From the NCBI RefSeq assembly GCF_001194135.2, contig NC_069007.1:1974948-2038947 (forward strand): a stretch of 64,000 nt of DNA, read 5' to 3'. The position numbers were made by a program, and so were the translations under genes. The DNA comes from Octopus bimaculoides. Its lineage: Eukaryota. Each line of letters starts with the position of its first letter. The first letter of the stretch is position 1. Below are positions 38,554 through 51,778 of the stretch, in pieces. The notes under the pieces were generated by a model that did no database searches, had not been told where the DNA came from, and was given only the letters and a program-made list of their open reading frames with translations.

Positions 38554-39023
38554 NNNNNNNNNNNNNNNNNNNNNNNNNNNNNNNNNNNNNNNNNNNNNNN
38601 NNNNNNNNNNNNNNNNNNNNNNNNNNNNNNNNNNNNNNNNNNNNNNNNNNNNNNNNNNNNNNNNNNNNNNNNNNNNNNNNNNNNNNNNNNNNNNNNNNNN
38701 NNNNNNNNNNNNNNNNNNNNNNNNNNNNNNNNNNNNNNNNNNNNNNNNNNNNNNNNNNNNNNNNNNNNNNNNNNNNNNNNNNNNNNNNNNNNNNNNNNNN
38801 NNNNNNNNNNNNNNNNNNNNNNNNNNNNNNNNNNNNNNNNNNNNNNNNNNNNNNNNNNNNNNNNNNNNNNNNNNNNNNNNNNNNNNNNNNNNNNNNNNNN
38901 NNNNNNNNNNNNNNNNNNNNNNNNNNNNNNNNNNNNNNNNNNNNNNNNNNNNNNNNNNNNNNNNNNNNNNNNNNNNNNNNNNNNNNNNNNNNNNNNNNNN
39001 NNNNNNNNNNNNNNNNNNNNNNN
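38554..39023. other. Assembly gap (N run)
   Basis: 470 N. Confidence 1.
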
Positions 39024-39058
<35 letters not shown>

Positions 39059-39529
39059 GCACACATGCATACATACATACATAATATACGATTTGACGAC
39101 AACAGCTGCCAACACAAATGGACAAGGTGACAGGAATATGAAAGACAAAAGACACAAGTATCACAAAATTAAACAGTGAAGAATAATAAAGTTAGGCTGA
39201 GTCAATGATGCGGCTTACTTCGATTTATAGACCACAGAGACGGCGACAACGTGGAAACAAAAAGAAGGAAGAAAATAAGAATAAGAAAAATTCCGAAAGA
39301 AAAGCCGAACAATAGAAGTAGTGAGAGACATACAATAAGAAAAACAAAGCAAAAGAGATTTCTAATAAAACTAGCATCAGCTGGGTATTTCTTTTGAGTG
39401 TTTTCATGTTATTGTTCATCGGTTGACGCATATGGACATTGCATATGTATACTACAATTACACACCTATACACAAAGAAATGCACATATTTGTTCAGGCT
39501 CACACAGGAAAAGACAACCTCTTGCTTGA

Positions 39530-39725
39530 TTTCGTCATTGGACTGCGGCTATACTGGAGCATTGCCTCGAAGCCTTCTTATCTAATGAGATGGATACCTG
39601 TTGTTTATTGCTCATAAGTATCGTAATTACTCTATCAGTCTCATTGACCGAACCGTTATGTTACCGTGGCATAAGCATACCAAACGCAACATTACCAGTT
39701 GTCAAGTATATGGAGAAATAAACAA
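39530..39725 (-). mobile_element. SINE family 2, old 3' half
   Basis: tcattggactgcggctatactggagcattgcc...ctcattgaccgaaccgttatgttacc parallels 2712-2910. Confidence 0.6.
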
Positions 39726-39756
39726 ATACATGAATGCACACGCAAGAGCACACACA

Positions 39757-39790
<34 letters not shown>

Positions 39791-40733
39791 NNNNNNNNNN
39801 NNNNNNNNNNNNNNNNNNNNNNNNNNNNNNNNNNNNNNNNNNNNNNNNNNNNNNNNNNNNNNNNNNNNNNNNNNNNNNNNNNNNNNNNNNNNNNNNNNNN
39901 NNNNNNNNNNNNNNNNNNNNNNNNNNNNNNNNNNNNNNNNNNNNNNNNNNNNNNNNNNNNNNNNNNNNNNNNNNNNNNNNNNNNNNNNNNNNNNNNNNNN
40001 NNNNNNNNNNNNNNNNNNNNNNNNNNNNNNNNNNNNNNNNNNNNNNNNNNNNNNNNNNNNNNNNNNNNNNNNNNNNNNNNNNNNNNNNNNNNNNNNNNNN
40101 NNNNNNNNNNNNNNNNNNNNNNNNNNNNNNNNNNNNNNNNNNNNNNNNNNNNNNNNNNNNNNNNNNNNNNNNNNNNNNNNNNNNNNNNNNNNNNNNNNNN
40201 NNNNNNNNNNNNNNNNNNNNNNNNNNNNNNNNNNNNNNNNNNNNNNNNNNNNNNNNNNNNNNNNNNNNNNNNNNNNNNNNNNNNNNNNNNNNNNNNNNNN
40301 NNNNNNNNNNNNNNNNNNNNNNNNNNNNNNNNNNNNNNNNNNNNNNNNNNNNNNNNNNNNNNNNNNNNNNNNNNNNNNNNNNNNNNNNNNNNNNNNNNNN
40401 NNNNNNNNNNNNNNNNNNNNNNNNNNNNNNNNNNNNNNNNNNNNNNNNNNNNNNNNNNNNNNNNNNNNNNNNNNNNNNNNNNNNNNNNNNNNNNNNNNNN
40501 NNNNNNNNNNNNNNNNNNNNNNNNNNNNNNNNNNNNNNNNNNNNNNNNNNNNNNNNNNNNNNNNNNNNNNNNNNNNNNNNNNNNNNNNNNNNNNNNNNNN
40601 NNNNNNNNNNNNNNNNNNNNNNNNNNNNNNNNNNNNNNNNNNNNNNNNNNNNNNNNNNNNNNNNNNNNNNNNNNNNNNNNNNNNNNNNNNNNNNNNNNNN
40701 NNNNNNNNNNNNNNNNNNNNNNNNNNNNNNNNN
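39791..40733. other. Assembly gap (N run)
   Basis: 943 N. Confidence 1.
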
Positions 40734-40775
<42 letters not shown>

Positions 40776-41085
40776 ATGACGATGATAACCGGTCGTCGGC
40801 TTCAGCTGTTATTGAGATTTGCTGAAGAAAATAATCCTTCAGCTATTTAACAAATCAAATTGTCGTATGCTATAATGAATAAGGAAAGAAAGGAAATCGT
40901 ATGCAAATGTATACTTATTTCAATGAGTCTCTTACATATCATTATAAAACTGAATAAATTGGCCAATGTTTGCTGCGCAGGTAGCTGTGCTGTGTACATG
41001 TGCATAAATGCATACACACATACACACTCACACATACGCGTGCACAACCGCACGCACACACGAATACCAAGAAATACATAAACAC

Positions 41086-41132
<47 letters not shown>

Positions 41133-41146
41133 NNNNNNNNNNATAG

Positions 41147-41181
<35 letters not shown>

Positions 41182-41381
41182 CATACATATATATATACAT
41201 ACATACATTGATCTGAATATATATATATATATATATGTATATATTCACATGAATGTATGTATGTGTAGCAACATTTCGTAAAAGGCTAACCGATATATGT
41301 ATACCTCTGACTAGATATGTTGGAATTTGTACACATGCGTGGCTGAGTGAATATGTGTGCGTGTTTTGTATGTATGTGTTT

Positions 41382-41413
<32 letters not shown>

Positions 41414-42002
41414 CTGTGTATAAGAGGGTGGCATATTTATGTTCGTTTGTGTGTAACATTTTAACTTTTGCGCCATCCACATTTGCACAAGACAATTCAC
41501 ATCTTACATGCCAAAACACACACACACATGTATTTAGTTATAAAGAACCACTTATAAACATACATACATCCGTACGTAGGTACGTACGTACGTACATATA
41601 TATGGAGTTATGTATGTATAATGAGTTTGTCTTGCTTGATATGTTAAACATCATCAAATTCATACAAGGAGACAGTAACAGCTCTTATTTGAATTAGAAA
41701 CCATGCGGACATTTCTTAATAACCAAATATATACCAAAAATCAATAAAAACTCATTTTCTTTGACAATATACCAGACTCTTGGACTGTAATACAAAAGCA
41801 AATTTACCGAAATTTTCATTTGCATATTATGGTAAATATGTAACATGTTTCTTATTAAAACTTGCAACTCATTAGAATCATTAAAATATTTTCTGTTTAA
41901 CTTTAACAGCAAATGTTTGCAAGTAATTACTGGTGATTTGTCGGAGAGCAGAAATTACTTCCTCGTATATTTTGTATCAACTTTTTTTTTTTGTTTTTTT
42001 AG

Positions 42003-42140
42003 GGAAGCGACCTGGCAGAATTGTTATCGGACCAGGCGAAATGCTTAGTGGCATGTCATGTTCTCGGTTCAAGTTCCGCCGACCACGATATTTCCTTTCA
42101 TCCTTTTGCGATCGATAAATTAAGTATCAGTGAAACATTG
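42003..42140 (+). mobile_element. SINE family 1, 3'-truncated old copy
   Basis: gcgacctggcagaattgttatcggaccaggcgaaatgcttag...cctttcatccttttgcgatcgataaattaagtatcag. Confidence 0.75.
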
Positions 42141-42605
42141 CGGCCGATGTAAGCAGTGGTGGAGAGACAAACAGAGATACAAAGAAACACGGTCAGACAC
42201 AGAGACGCAGACACACAGACGTACACACACGTGTGTGTGTGTGTGTGTATGTGACTGGCTTCTTTCAGTTTCCTATTTCTTTATCGCCCACAATGGACTA
42301 CACACAGAGGGGACAAACACGGACAGACAAACGGATTAAGTCGATTATTTCTACCCCAGTGTGTAACTGGTACTTATTTAATCGACCACGAAAGAATGAA
42401 AAGCAAAGTCGACCTCGGCGGAATTTGAACTCAGAACGTAGCAGATGACGAAATACCGCTAAGCATTTCGCACGGCGTGCTAACGTTTCTGCCAGCTCGC
42501 CGCCTTACAAACAGATTAAGTTTCAGTTTCTGCCTGCCAAATCCACTGACAAGTCTTTGGTCGGTCCAAGGTTACAGAAGAAGACACTTGCTCAAGGTGC
42601 CAGGC
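42141..42605 (-). mobile_element. SINE family 2 interrupted by a family-1 insertion
   Basis: gacacttgctcaaggtgcc and gccaaatccactgacaagtctttggtcgg on one side; ctggcttctttcagtttc plus microsatellite on the other. Confidence 0.75.
42273..42506 (-). mobile_element. SINE family 1 monomer with tail B
   Basis: Full head to AATAAAGAAATAG tail; 10-bp TSD tttcagtttc (42263-42272 and 42521-42530) plus 14 extra nt at the 5' junction. Confidence 0.9.
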
Positions 42606-43469
42606 TTCCCACCAAAACTACAGCCTGTGAGAAGTGACGCGTTCGGTCATCTTCCGTGAAAACGACAATTCGACGAGCGCGCACTCTACCTCTGTACTCT
42701 AGACATAACAGCGAAGAACTGATCCGATCTCTCGTAGCATACCAGAAAGTGAGGCGTCGTCTCCCACTCAAAGGATTTTGCACACGTGGCATTATTTTAA
42801 CTGGAAAACATAAAGTCGGATACTTTTCGAACTCCTGAAGCACATACAAGCAGTCATACCATATCAGAAAGGACAGCAATTGTTTCACAATTATGAAATA
42901 CGTAGTTTTACATGAATGCTGTACGTGGTTAATAAATTTGCTAGAAATAGGAGTCTTACCTCCTTGAAATCATACGCTTCTCATACAAAAAAGTACTTTT
43001 AACCATGAGAACAGCGGAAGTGTTAGTGCTAAGGTGGTTATCTCTGCTCGATTGTGGCTTACCTGAGGTTCGAACTCAAAAACGACGTTGCGTTAAAATT
43101 GCAGAATGTACACGGCAGACGGTGGGTGACACAACATTTGATAAGCCAGACTACATTTTGGTAAAAAAAATTTTCTGTAGCCGAATCTAATATTTTGGAA
43201 CATGATTCTGTCAATAGTGATATTTCTAGAGACAAGGGTTACAGATTTTCAAAAGAGAGACGAACAGATATCTATTGTCGTTTTTGTCATCTCAAATATT
43301 GAGAACCAGTCATTGTCCTGCTGAAAATCTATAACTAACGATGGCATTGTTGATACATATACTCACGAACATACATATATACACACACAATATATTGTTT
43401 GTGTATATATGTGTGTATTTATATATATAATACATATATATATATATAGATACACACACGCACGTACAT

Positions 43470-43550
<81 letters not shown>

Positions 43551-43949
43551 TATATATATACATATATGTTTGTATATATGTATATACATAGATGTATATA
43601 TACATATATATGTGTGTGTGTGAGCCTGTGTGAGCTTGTGTGTGCGTGTATGTATCTATAGAGACGCGTAAGCAAGTACCATGTTGGCATTCGTATGGAT
43701 ATCAGTTGGGTAATATGGACACAATGCAAAATAATTATGCAGAGACACAGATGCGAACATGTAGATATGGATGTGACGTCGTATAGGTTTGTAGGACACG
43801 AACGGTGGAGGGGGTGGTGGTTCTGGGAAGAGAGGAGAGGTGTGAGGAGATGACAAATGGATGAGGGAGAGCGGGAGGCAAAGAAGGAACAGGAAAGACG
43901 AAGCAGAAGGAAAGAGAGTGAAATAGAAAAGAATAGTCAATAGAAATGG

Positions 43950-44352
43950 AGAGGGAGAGAGAGGGGGAGGAGGAGGAGGAGAAGAAGGAGACGAAGTAGA
44001 AGGAGGAGGAGGAGGAGAATGATGAGGAGAAGAAGAAGAAGAAGAAGAAAAGGAAGAAAATGAAGAAGAAGGAGAGGAAGAAGAAAAGGAAGATACAAAA
44101 AAAGAAGAAGAAGAAGAATATAAAGAAGAAGAAAAAGAAGAAAAGGAAGAAAATGAAGAAGGAGAGGAAGAAGAAAAGGAAGATAAAAAAGAAAAAGAAG
44201 AAAAGGAAGAAAATGAAGGAGAGGAAGAAGAAAAGGAAGATAAAAAAGAAGAAAAAGAAGAAAAGGAAGAAAATGAAGAAGGAAAGGAAGATAATGAAGA
44301 AGAAGGAGAGGAAGAAGAAAAGGAAGATAAAGAAGAAAAAGAAGAAGAAGAA
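43950..44352. repeat. Polypurine (GAA/GGA)n tract with ~60-bp higher-order units
   Basis: gaaggagaggaagaagaaaaggaagat...aaagaagaaaaggaagaaaatga recurs 4-5 times; few pyrimidines on the plus strand. Confidence 0.9.
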
Positions 44353-45182
44353 ATGGTGTAATGCAACAGAGAGAGAGATACAGAGATAGAGAGAGAGAGA
44401 GAGAAAGAGAGAGAGATGCAGTGTGAATAGGTATGAAGATAGATTGGTCAGAATAACGGAGTAAAAGAATGAGAAAAGGGTAGAAGATCTGCTACTGGTT
44501 CCGTGTGGAGACATAAATGTCCCATCTCACTCGCTCCCACATCAGAACATATCTGCTTAGAAACACATATTAATATGGGCGTACGGTGCTCAATACATAC
44601 TCATCAATATACGTACGCACCTTTCATACAATTATGTAGAAGTATGTAGGCAGATATCGGAATAAACGTACGTGGCGTATTATGTATTTCTATGTAGATA
44701 CGCATATATCATGTGCGTATACTATCACATGATTATTATATGGACATATGCGTACGTTTGTATTATACAGACTTTTGTAACATGTAGGTTTGTAAGCACT
44801 TTCATGCACAATGCGATGAATGCAAAGATTTCAAAGATGTATATACACAAATATACAGAGACATATCGTAGAACCGGACTGAGAGAAAGGGAGGGAGGGA
44901 GACAGAGACAGAGGGAGAGAGAAAGACAGAAAGAGTATGTGAGTGAGAAATCAGTTAGTAGGAAGTTGAGTACTTATACACTCATGTGTGTGTGTGTGTA
45001 GGCACTTGTTTGCACTTATATATATATATATATATATATGCAAGTGTGTCTATGTGTATTTGTAAATATATATACATACATACATACAAACACACGCATA
45101 TATATGTGTATATATAGGCATATATATATATTATATATACATATGCATATATACACTTACATACACATATCTATATATCTTT

Positions 45183-45223
<41 letters not shown>

Positions 45224-48194
45224 AATAGTCAGATAGATAGACAAATAGGGTTGTGATATATAGACCAATCAGAAAGGCGACTAGTATTTCTAATACATAC
45301 ATCCACAGATTCCACATAGTCACGTATTGATACAGACAAATACACTTACATCCGCATACGCAGACATTCATTTAAGAACTGGAGACAGTGAATCGGTTAT
45401 ATAACAATGGACGACACACTAGGAATTGCGAGTTTATCATGCACATACGTACCAGTATCAAAGATATACATGTCTGTTTAGACATACACATTCATACATA
45501 CATGCACAGAAACATATATATATCTAGATTTTGGTACATGTACGCAGGTACTTAGAGGAATAAAGACGCAGATATTGCATATTTCCGGGTTTTTATCACG
45601 TGCATATACATTACCATATACTCAGTTATGCACACGTACATATAGTCTATACATATTCACAGGCATATCTATAGAGAGACATCAGTGCATACACATTCAT
45701 ATCAGTTACAGATGAATCATATTTAATCTAACCATATACACACATACTTAAATATTCCTGTTGCGCATAGCTAATACGATCTCACACACATGTACAAACG
45801 TAGAGAAAGACTGTGAGAGCGAGGGAGAAGAAGAGAGACAGACGTGTTGATATCATTACGGATAACTCGCAGGGAATGAGTGGTTAATCCTCTGCTACTG
45901 CTATAATACAGGTATTTTTCTTCTACTGCTGCGGATAATACAGGTATTTCTTTACGACCATTCCAATTGCGCGTAATCCCTATATCATTTTTCCATCTCA
46001 GCATGATAATGTACGGGCATGTGAACATACAGAGCATCATTAAATTATGACACGGCAATACATCCATAATGTCTTTTTCTCTGCAAAATATGGAAGCCAT
46101 TCCACTCACTACTAAGGTAGGAATCGGTATTATGCAATTTTAATTAGGAATCCGTTTGTGAGACGTGAATTACCAGACAATGCGAATATTTTCAATGGCC
46201 AGGAATGGAAACGAGATTGGTCAAAAGTTAAAATAACATTTGATGCATTTCCTCTCAGATCTTCGTCATTGTTCCTGGTATCGTTGTTGTTGCTGCTGCT
46301 ATTCGTATTAATGTCATCCTTCTTATTGCTTTCCATATTGAATTTATTATTGTCGTTGTTGTTATAATTACGGATCTTGCTTAATTCCAGATGTACTCCG
46401 AACGAGCATGGATGATAACACTGGGCAACAAAATTTTTGTTGCATTGATACCAACAAAACGTATTACCGAATTTCAATACACTGCATTCAAACATGCAGT
46501 TTGGCTTTCTCTGTAAAATAGATCTTTTGTAATGAAGTTATTTAATCTTTTTTTTTTTTATATAGTTTCCAAATTTCGAACATTTTCCGAGATATGATGT
46601 AACAGATTTGATGATGTTCTAGTTATACTATCTTCGTGTTGTTGGTGGTGGTGATCTACAATTCAAATTGTGACCCGATTTGGCAGAGTACAACCCCATT
46701 ACAAGAAATAAACAACCCTCATTTGTATATGAAATAAACTCTCTCCTCGACTACAATATCCATTGTAGTGTCATAATCTGAGAGACATTAGTGTATGACT
46801 GAAGACCGACTTCGCTGGTGTTTCTAGCACTCCGATCGACCAGGCTGAGATTCCCTTCACTGGGTTTTATTAGACGACGATTTAACGTTAGGCGAATTCT
46901 CGAATAATTTGTAATGAAATTAAAATACTTAACCCATGGCTGTCGTCAAAGATAAATCTAGTTGAGTAGACAATAAAACCGAATGTGAGAAATAAAGGTT
47001 TAATTTGAAATATGTTCCTGTAATTTACAACCATTAAATAGCAAACGTATATTTTTATGTGTTGCATAGCTGGGTTTAGTTTCATGTTGTGTAAACATGG
47101 CGGCTGGAAAAGTGTGGAAGTTGGAGTCGAGGAGGGTAGGTGGTGTTATGAACGATATTAATAATTTATAGACGGATCGTAAGATATTTCAATAAAATGA
47201 TTCCAACTCGGCTAATTGTGTAATTACAGTGGGCATTGTGTGCATAATAAAGAAGTTGCTAGAGAGAATTTGGAGGAAGGAAAGAAGAAATAACATTCTT
47301 TAGGTTTGTAGTTATTACATACTTTCTACGTCTCGGAATTTGAAGCAACTCTTCCAACATCACGTTGTGTATGCGTGTGTGTGTGAATAACATATGTGTG
47401 TGTTTGTATGCATAAATATGTACGTATATTCATACATATGTATGCGTATATGTCTATGTGTATATGTATATATATTAGATAGATAGATAGATAGATAGAT
47501 AGAAAGAGTAAGAGGTTGAGAAACGGGAAAGATGTATTTGGTGGAACAAACCACTGAAATGGTGCTCAATACATGTGTACCTATGTGTATGCGCGCTTGA
47601 GATGGTTCGATCTGGTTGCCCCCAAACAGTCTAAGCTAAGAGCATTAGACCCCTTTGTAAGAAAGCTCGCGAAAGTGTACAGCAACAAAGGGGAAAAAAT
47701 AAATAAACAAAAAAACGAAGAACATGGTACAGAATTACGAATGCAAACAACAAGAAATTTTTTAAAATAGTCTTTCGACTGCGATATATATGTATACATA
47801 TTTGTATATATGTATTTATGTACGTACGTTTGCGTATGTATACATGTATGTATGCATACATGTTTATATATATGCGTGTGTATTGGTATAGTAGTAGTGG
47901 TTTAGGTGTCAAAGAATTTTGTTCCATTGCCTTATCAAACAGTAGGTGCTATACGGTAATCTCTTTCAGCACTTGATATAATTTGGTATCTTTCCTGTCC
48001 TGTAAATATCTACATACATAAATATTGGCTTTGCAAGAGATGTCTATGTTTCTTTATGTGTACTAGTAGCTATCCAATCCAATAGTGTATACGTACTCCC
48101 AACTGCAGCGGCTGCAATGAAAGAGCTACTCTGATTTTGATATCATGGTTCGTTCTTAATCAAATTTACCATGAAATTCATAGCAGCATTTATT

Positions 48195-48380
48195 CCCGAA
48201 ATTTTGAGGAAGGGAGCCAGACAATCAGATTGACCCCAGTACGCAATTGATACTTAATTTATCGACCCCGAAAGGATGAAAAGGAAAGTTGACCTCGGTG
48301 GAAGTGGAACTCAGAACGTAAAGACAGACGAAATACTGCTAAGCATTTCGCCCGGCGTGCTAATGTTTCTGCTAGGTCAA
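48195..48380 (-). mobile_element. SINE family 1, tail A
   Basis: atcgaccccgaaaggatgaaaagg...actcagaacgtaaagacagacgaaatactgctaagcatttcgcccggcgtgctaa. Confidence 0.88.
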
Positions 48381-49490
48381 CGCAATTTTAAAGCAGAATT
48401 CTGAACGAACAATGTTCTAGCCAGGAAAAGTCCCTTTCCTGTACAGAAGTCTTTATCAACATGGTTCCCAAACTATTGCGTTTACGTGCGCTTGCTGTAG
48501 ATGTTGAAGGCGTTACGGAAACATCATTGGTGGAAGCATTCAGAAGCTCTGGCGGATAATGAACTCTGCACACCTCACAGAGCCCTACAAATGGAGATTA
48601 GTAAAACGTCTTTCAGCACTTTAATATTTATGTTTTTCCTTAGGTTTTATAGGAAAGTAAAACACACCCGGGAAAATGTTAAGCGCCACTTCGTCCGTCT
48701 TCACGTTTTGATTTCACATTCTAACTAAATACCTTAGTAATAAATGCACTTTAAGAACACATGAGGTCAGTGTCTTGTCAACGCTGTTTGGTGTTGCTGT
48801 CGTATCTGTATTGCTACTTAACCGCTGTAGTTGCTTTCCTGGCGGCGGCAATTTTTTTGTATCGTCTCAGCTGCCTTTCAGTATTTCCAGACATAAATCA
48901 GTGAAATATATCAAGGAAGAAAAAAACCCAAAGAAAACCCAGAAAAAAAAATAGTATAGTAGTTACGGGCGTCTTGACTTGTCTAGTCAACTTGTTTACT
49001 TTAAAGCTGACGTCATTCGAAGGCTTGGTTTTTAATTTTCGCGACACTGAAAACGTGTTTTGTGGCTTGCATGAACGTGGGAAGTATTGCAGAATGGTAA
49101 GTCAGGCTGAGTTCTGCGATTGGCAATGCGACTTATAAAGGCATTAATTTAAAACATAAATGATTATTTGTGAGCATGTTATTTCTGTGCGTCATGACAA
49201 CCGTTTCTTTCTTCCATAGTAACGATGTGTTGTGATAAAACTTGGACAAAAATACCATGTCACTTTGTTAAAAGCTAAGAAAGAAAACGTACGCCAATAC
49301 CATTTTCAGACACAGAATGCACACACATATTTATACATACATATCTACATATACGTATATCGTATAAATGCCTGCAATACATATATAAGGAAATTTTATG
49401 TTTGCGTTTTGTGTTATTCTTTGATCCAGGTTGTCTCATGTTTTTGATAATCAGTAACGAATTGCTTATGTCTCCATGATAGAGCAGTTC

Positions 49491-49904
49491 TTTTTCTACT
49501 CTAGGCACAGGACCTGAAAATTTGTGGGAGGGGCTAGTCGATTAGATCGACCCTAGTACGCAAATGATACTTAATCTATCGACTCACGAAAGGAGGAAAA
49601 GTAAAGTCGTCGACCTCAGCGGAATTTGAACTCAGAACGTAAACACAGACGAAATACCGCTAAGCATTTCGCCCGGCGTGCTAACGTTTCTTATTTCTTT
49701 ATTGCCCACAAGGGGCTAAACATAAAGGGGACAAACAATGACAGACAAACGGATTAAGTCGATTACATCGACCCCAATGGTACTTAGTTTATCGGCCCCG
49801 AAAGGATGAAAGACAAAGTCGACCTCGGCGGAATTTGAACTCTGAACGTAACGGCAGACGAAACACCACTAAGCGTGTTAACGTTTCTGCCAGCTCTCCG
49901 CCTT
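49491..49904 (-). mobile_element. Dimeric SINE family 1 (tail B plus tail A), second copy
   Basis: Same junction gctaac-gtttc-ttatttctttattgccc (49686-49690) as 21897-21901; 17-bp TSD with 2 mismatches (49474-49490 and 49905-49921). Confidence 0.9.
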
Positions 49905-50567
49905 CCATGACATAGCAGTTCGATGGCACAGGCGGCACATATATCAAACATACATGTGTTGGGTTGATCAGCTCAATGCTTCGGGGCGGTGTCTCAATAT
50001 ATTCGAAGTTCTATGAATGAAGTAGCTAAAAAAATAAACTTGCAAATATACTTCGGTTGAGGCCTGCAGCAATTAACTTCCTTTCTCATAACATATCTAA
50101 CAATTTAACACCTACATCTTAGAGCATTTGTCTATCTACTCTATGATCTATGTACTAATAACCGTAGACTTCATTTTCTTCTTAAACTATGTGTAAGGGT
50201 ATATCGTGGATATGAAGTTCTTACAGCTACCCATGCATTAAGGGCCGTGTAATAAAGTGTGTGTAACGATTTATGTTGGACACCATTGTTACCAACTGAA
50301 AAAATATCGGTTGTTTCTTGAATGACTTTCTAAGTGAAACAGAATTTTATGTATTACGGCAATAAAAATGATCAGAGAAAATGAGAATGGGAACTGGATC
50401 GCGAAAAGTAGCGGATATAGGGACAGGGTCTATAGAAAACATAACAATTAAGAATACAGAAATGGGGAACAAGAAAGACTAGAAGCTCTAAGTCACAAGA
50501 AACAGATTTGAAATTGATTCAAGGAAAGACCGACAAAATATCGTATACTAAAAATGCAGACCTGAAG

Positions 50568-50620
50568 CAGAAGTGAAAACGCGACCAGAAGTGAAAACGA
50601 GCCAGAAGTGAAAACGCGAC
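50568..50620. repeat. 3x 17-18-bp tandem repeat CAGAAGTGAAAACGCGAC
   Basis: Units at 50568, 50586 and 50603. Confidence 0.9.
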
Positions 50621-50887
50621 CGAAGAGAAACGAAACGATTGCTTAAGAATTGATCGAATAATTATGAATGAATGGACAGGCTAGTGTACCTTAAACGTGT
50701 CCTGGAATTTCAACATGTGTTATTCGTCATTATTATTAATTTAAGCTATTTGATGATTGCCATTGCAAGAAAATCAGCCTTGAGTTACATTTGTGATTCT
50801 GCAGATAAAAATTAACATTTATGTATATATGCTCTTGTACAGAAATCTACAAACAAGTATATATATATATGTATATATATATATATA

Positions 50888-51678
50888 NNNNNNNNNNNNN
50901 NNNNNNNNNNNNNNNNNNNNNNNNNNNNNNNNNNNNNNNNNNNNNNNNNNNNNNNNNNNNNNNNNNNNNNNNNNNNNNNNNNNNNNNNNNNNNNNNNNNN
51001 NNNNNNNNNNNNNNNNNNNNNNNNNNNNNNNNNNNNNNNNNNNNNNNNNNNNNNNNNNNNNNNNNNNNNNNNNNNNNNNNNNNNNNNNNNNNNNNNNNNN
51101 NNNNNNNNNNNNNNNNNNNNNNNNNNNNNNNNNNNNNNNNNNNNNNNNNNNNNNNNNNNNNNNNNNNNNNNNNNNNNNNNNNNNNNNNNNNNNNNNNNNN
51201 NNNNNNNNNNNNNNNNNNNNNNNNNNNNNNNNNNNNNNNNNNNNNNNNNNNNNNNNNNNNNNNNNNNNNNNNNNNNNNNNNNNNNNNNNNNNNNNNNNNN
51301 NNNNNNNNNNNNNNNNNNNNNNNNNNNNNNNNNNNNNNNNNNNNNNNNNNNNNNNNNNNNNNNNNNNNNNNNNNNNNNNNNNNNNNNNNNNNNNNNNNNN
51401 NNNNNNNNNNNNNNNNNNNNNNNNNNNNNNNNNNNNNNNNNNNNNNNNNNNNNNNNNNNNNNNNNNNNNNNNNNNNNNNNNNNNNNNNNNNNNNNNNNNN
51501 NNNNNNNNNNNNNNNNNNNNNNNNNNNNNNNNNNNNNNNNNNNNNNNNNNNNNNNNNNNNNNNNNNNNNNNNNNNNNNNNNNNNNNNNNNNNNNNNNNNN
51601 NNNNNNNNNNNNNNNNNNNNNNNNNNNNNNNNNNNNNNNNNNNNNNNNNNNNNNNNNNNNNNNNNNNNNNNNNNNNNN
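50888..51678. other. Assembly gap (N run)
   Basis: 791 N; further gaps at 55281-55461 and 59239-59704. Confidence 1.
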
Positions 51679-51741
51679 ACACACACACACACACACACAC
51701 ACACTCACTACGTATATATGGACATGTAAACAAACATTTCT

Positions 51742-51778
<37 letters not shown>

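Noticed and set aside
43656-44514. Long S-rich, F-rich and K-rich ORFs
   Set aside because: Frames of a GAA/GGA simple repeat; no splice or homology support.
46002-46116. Good acceptor and donor pair as a coding exon
   Set aside because: Stops in all three frames.
47096-47135. MAAGKVWKLES as a fatty-acid-binding protein N-terminus
   Set aside because: The following ENFDEY-type motif is absent.
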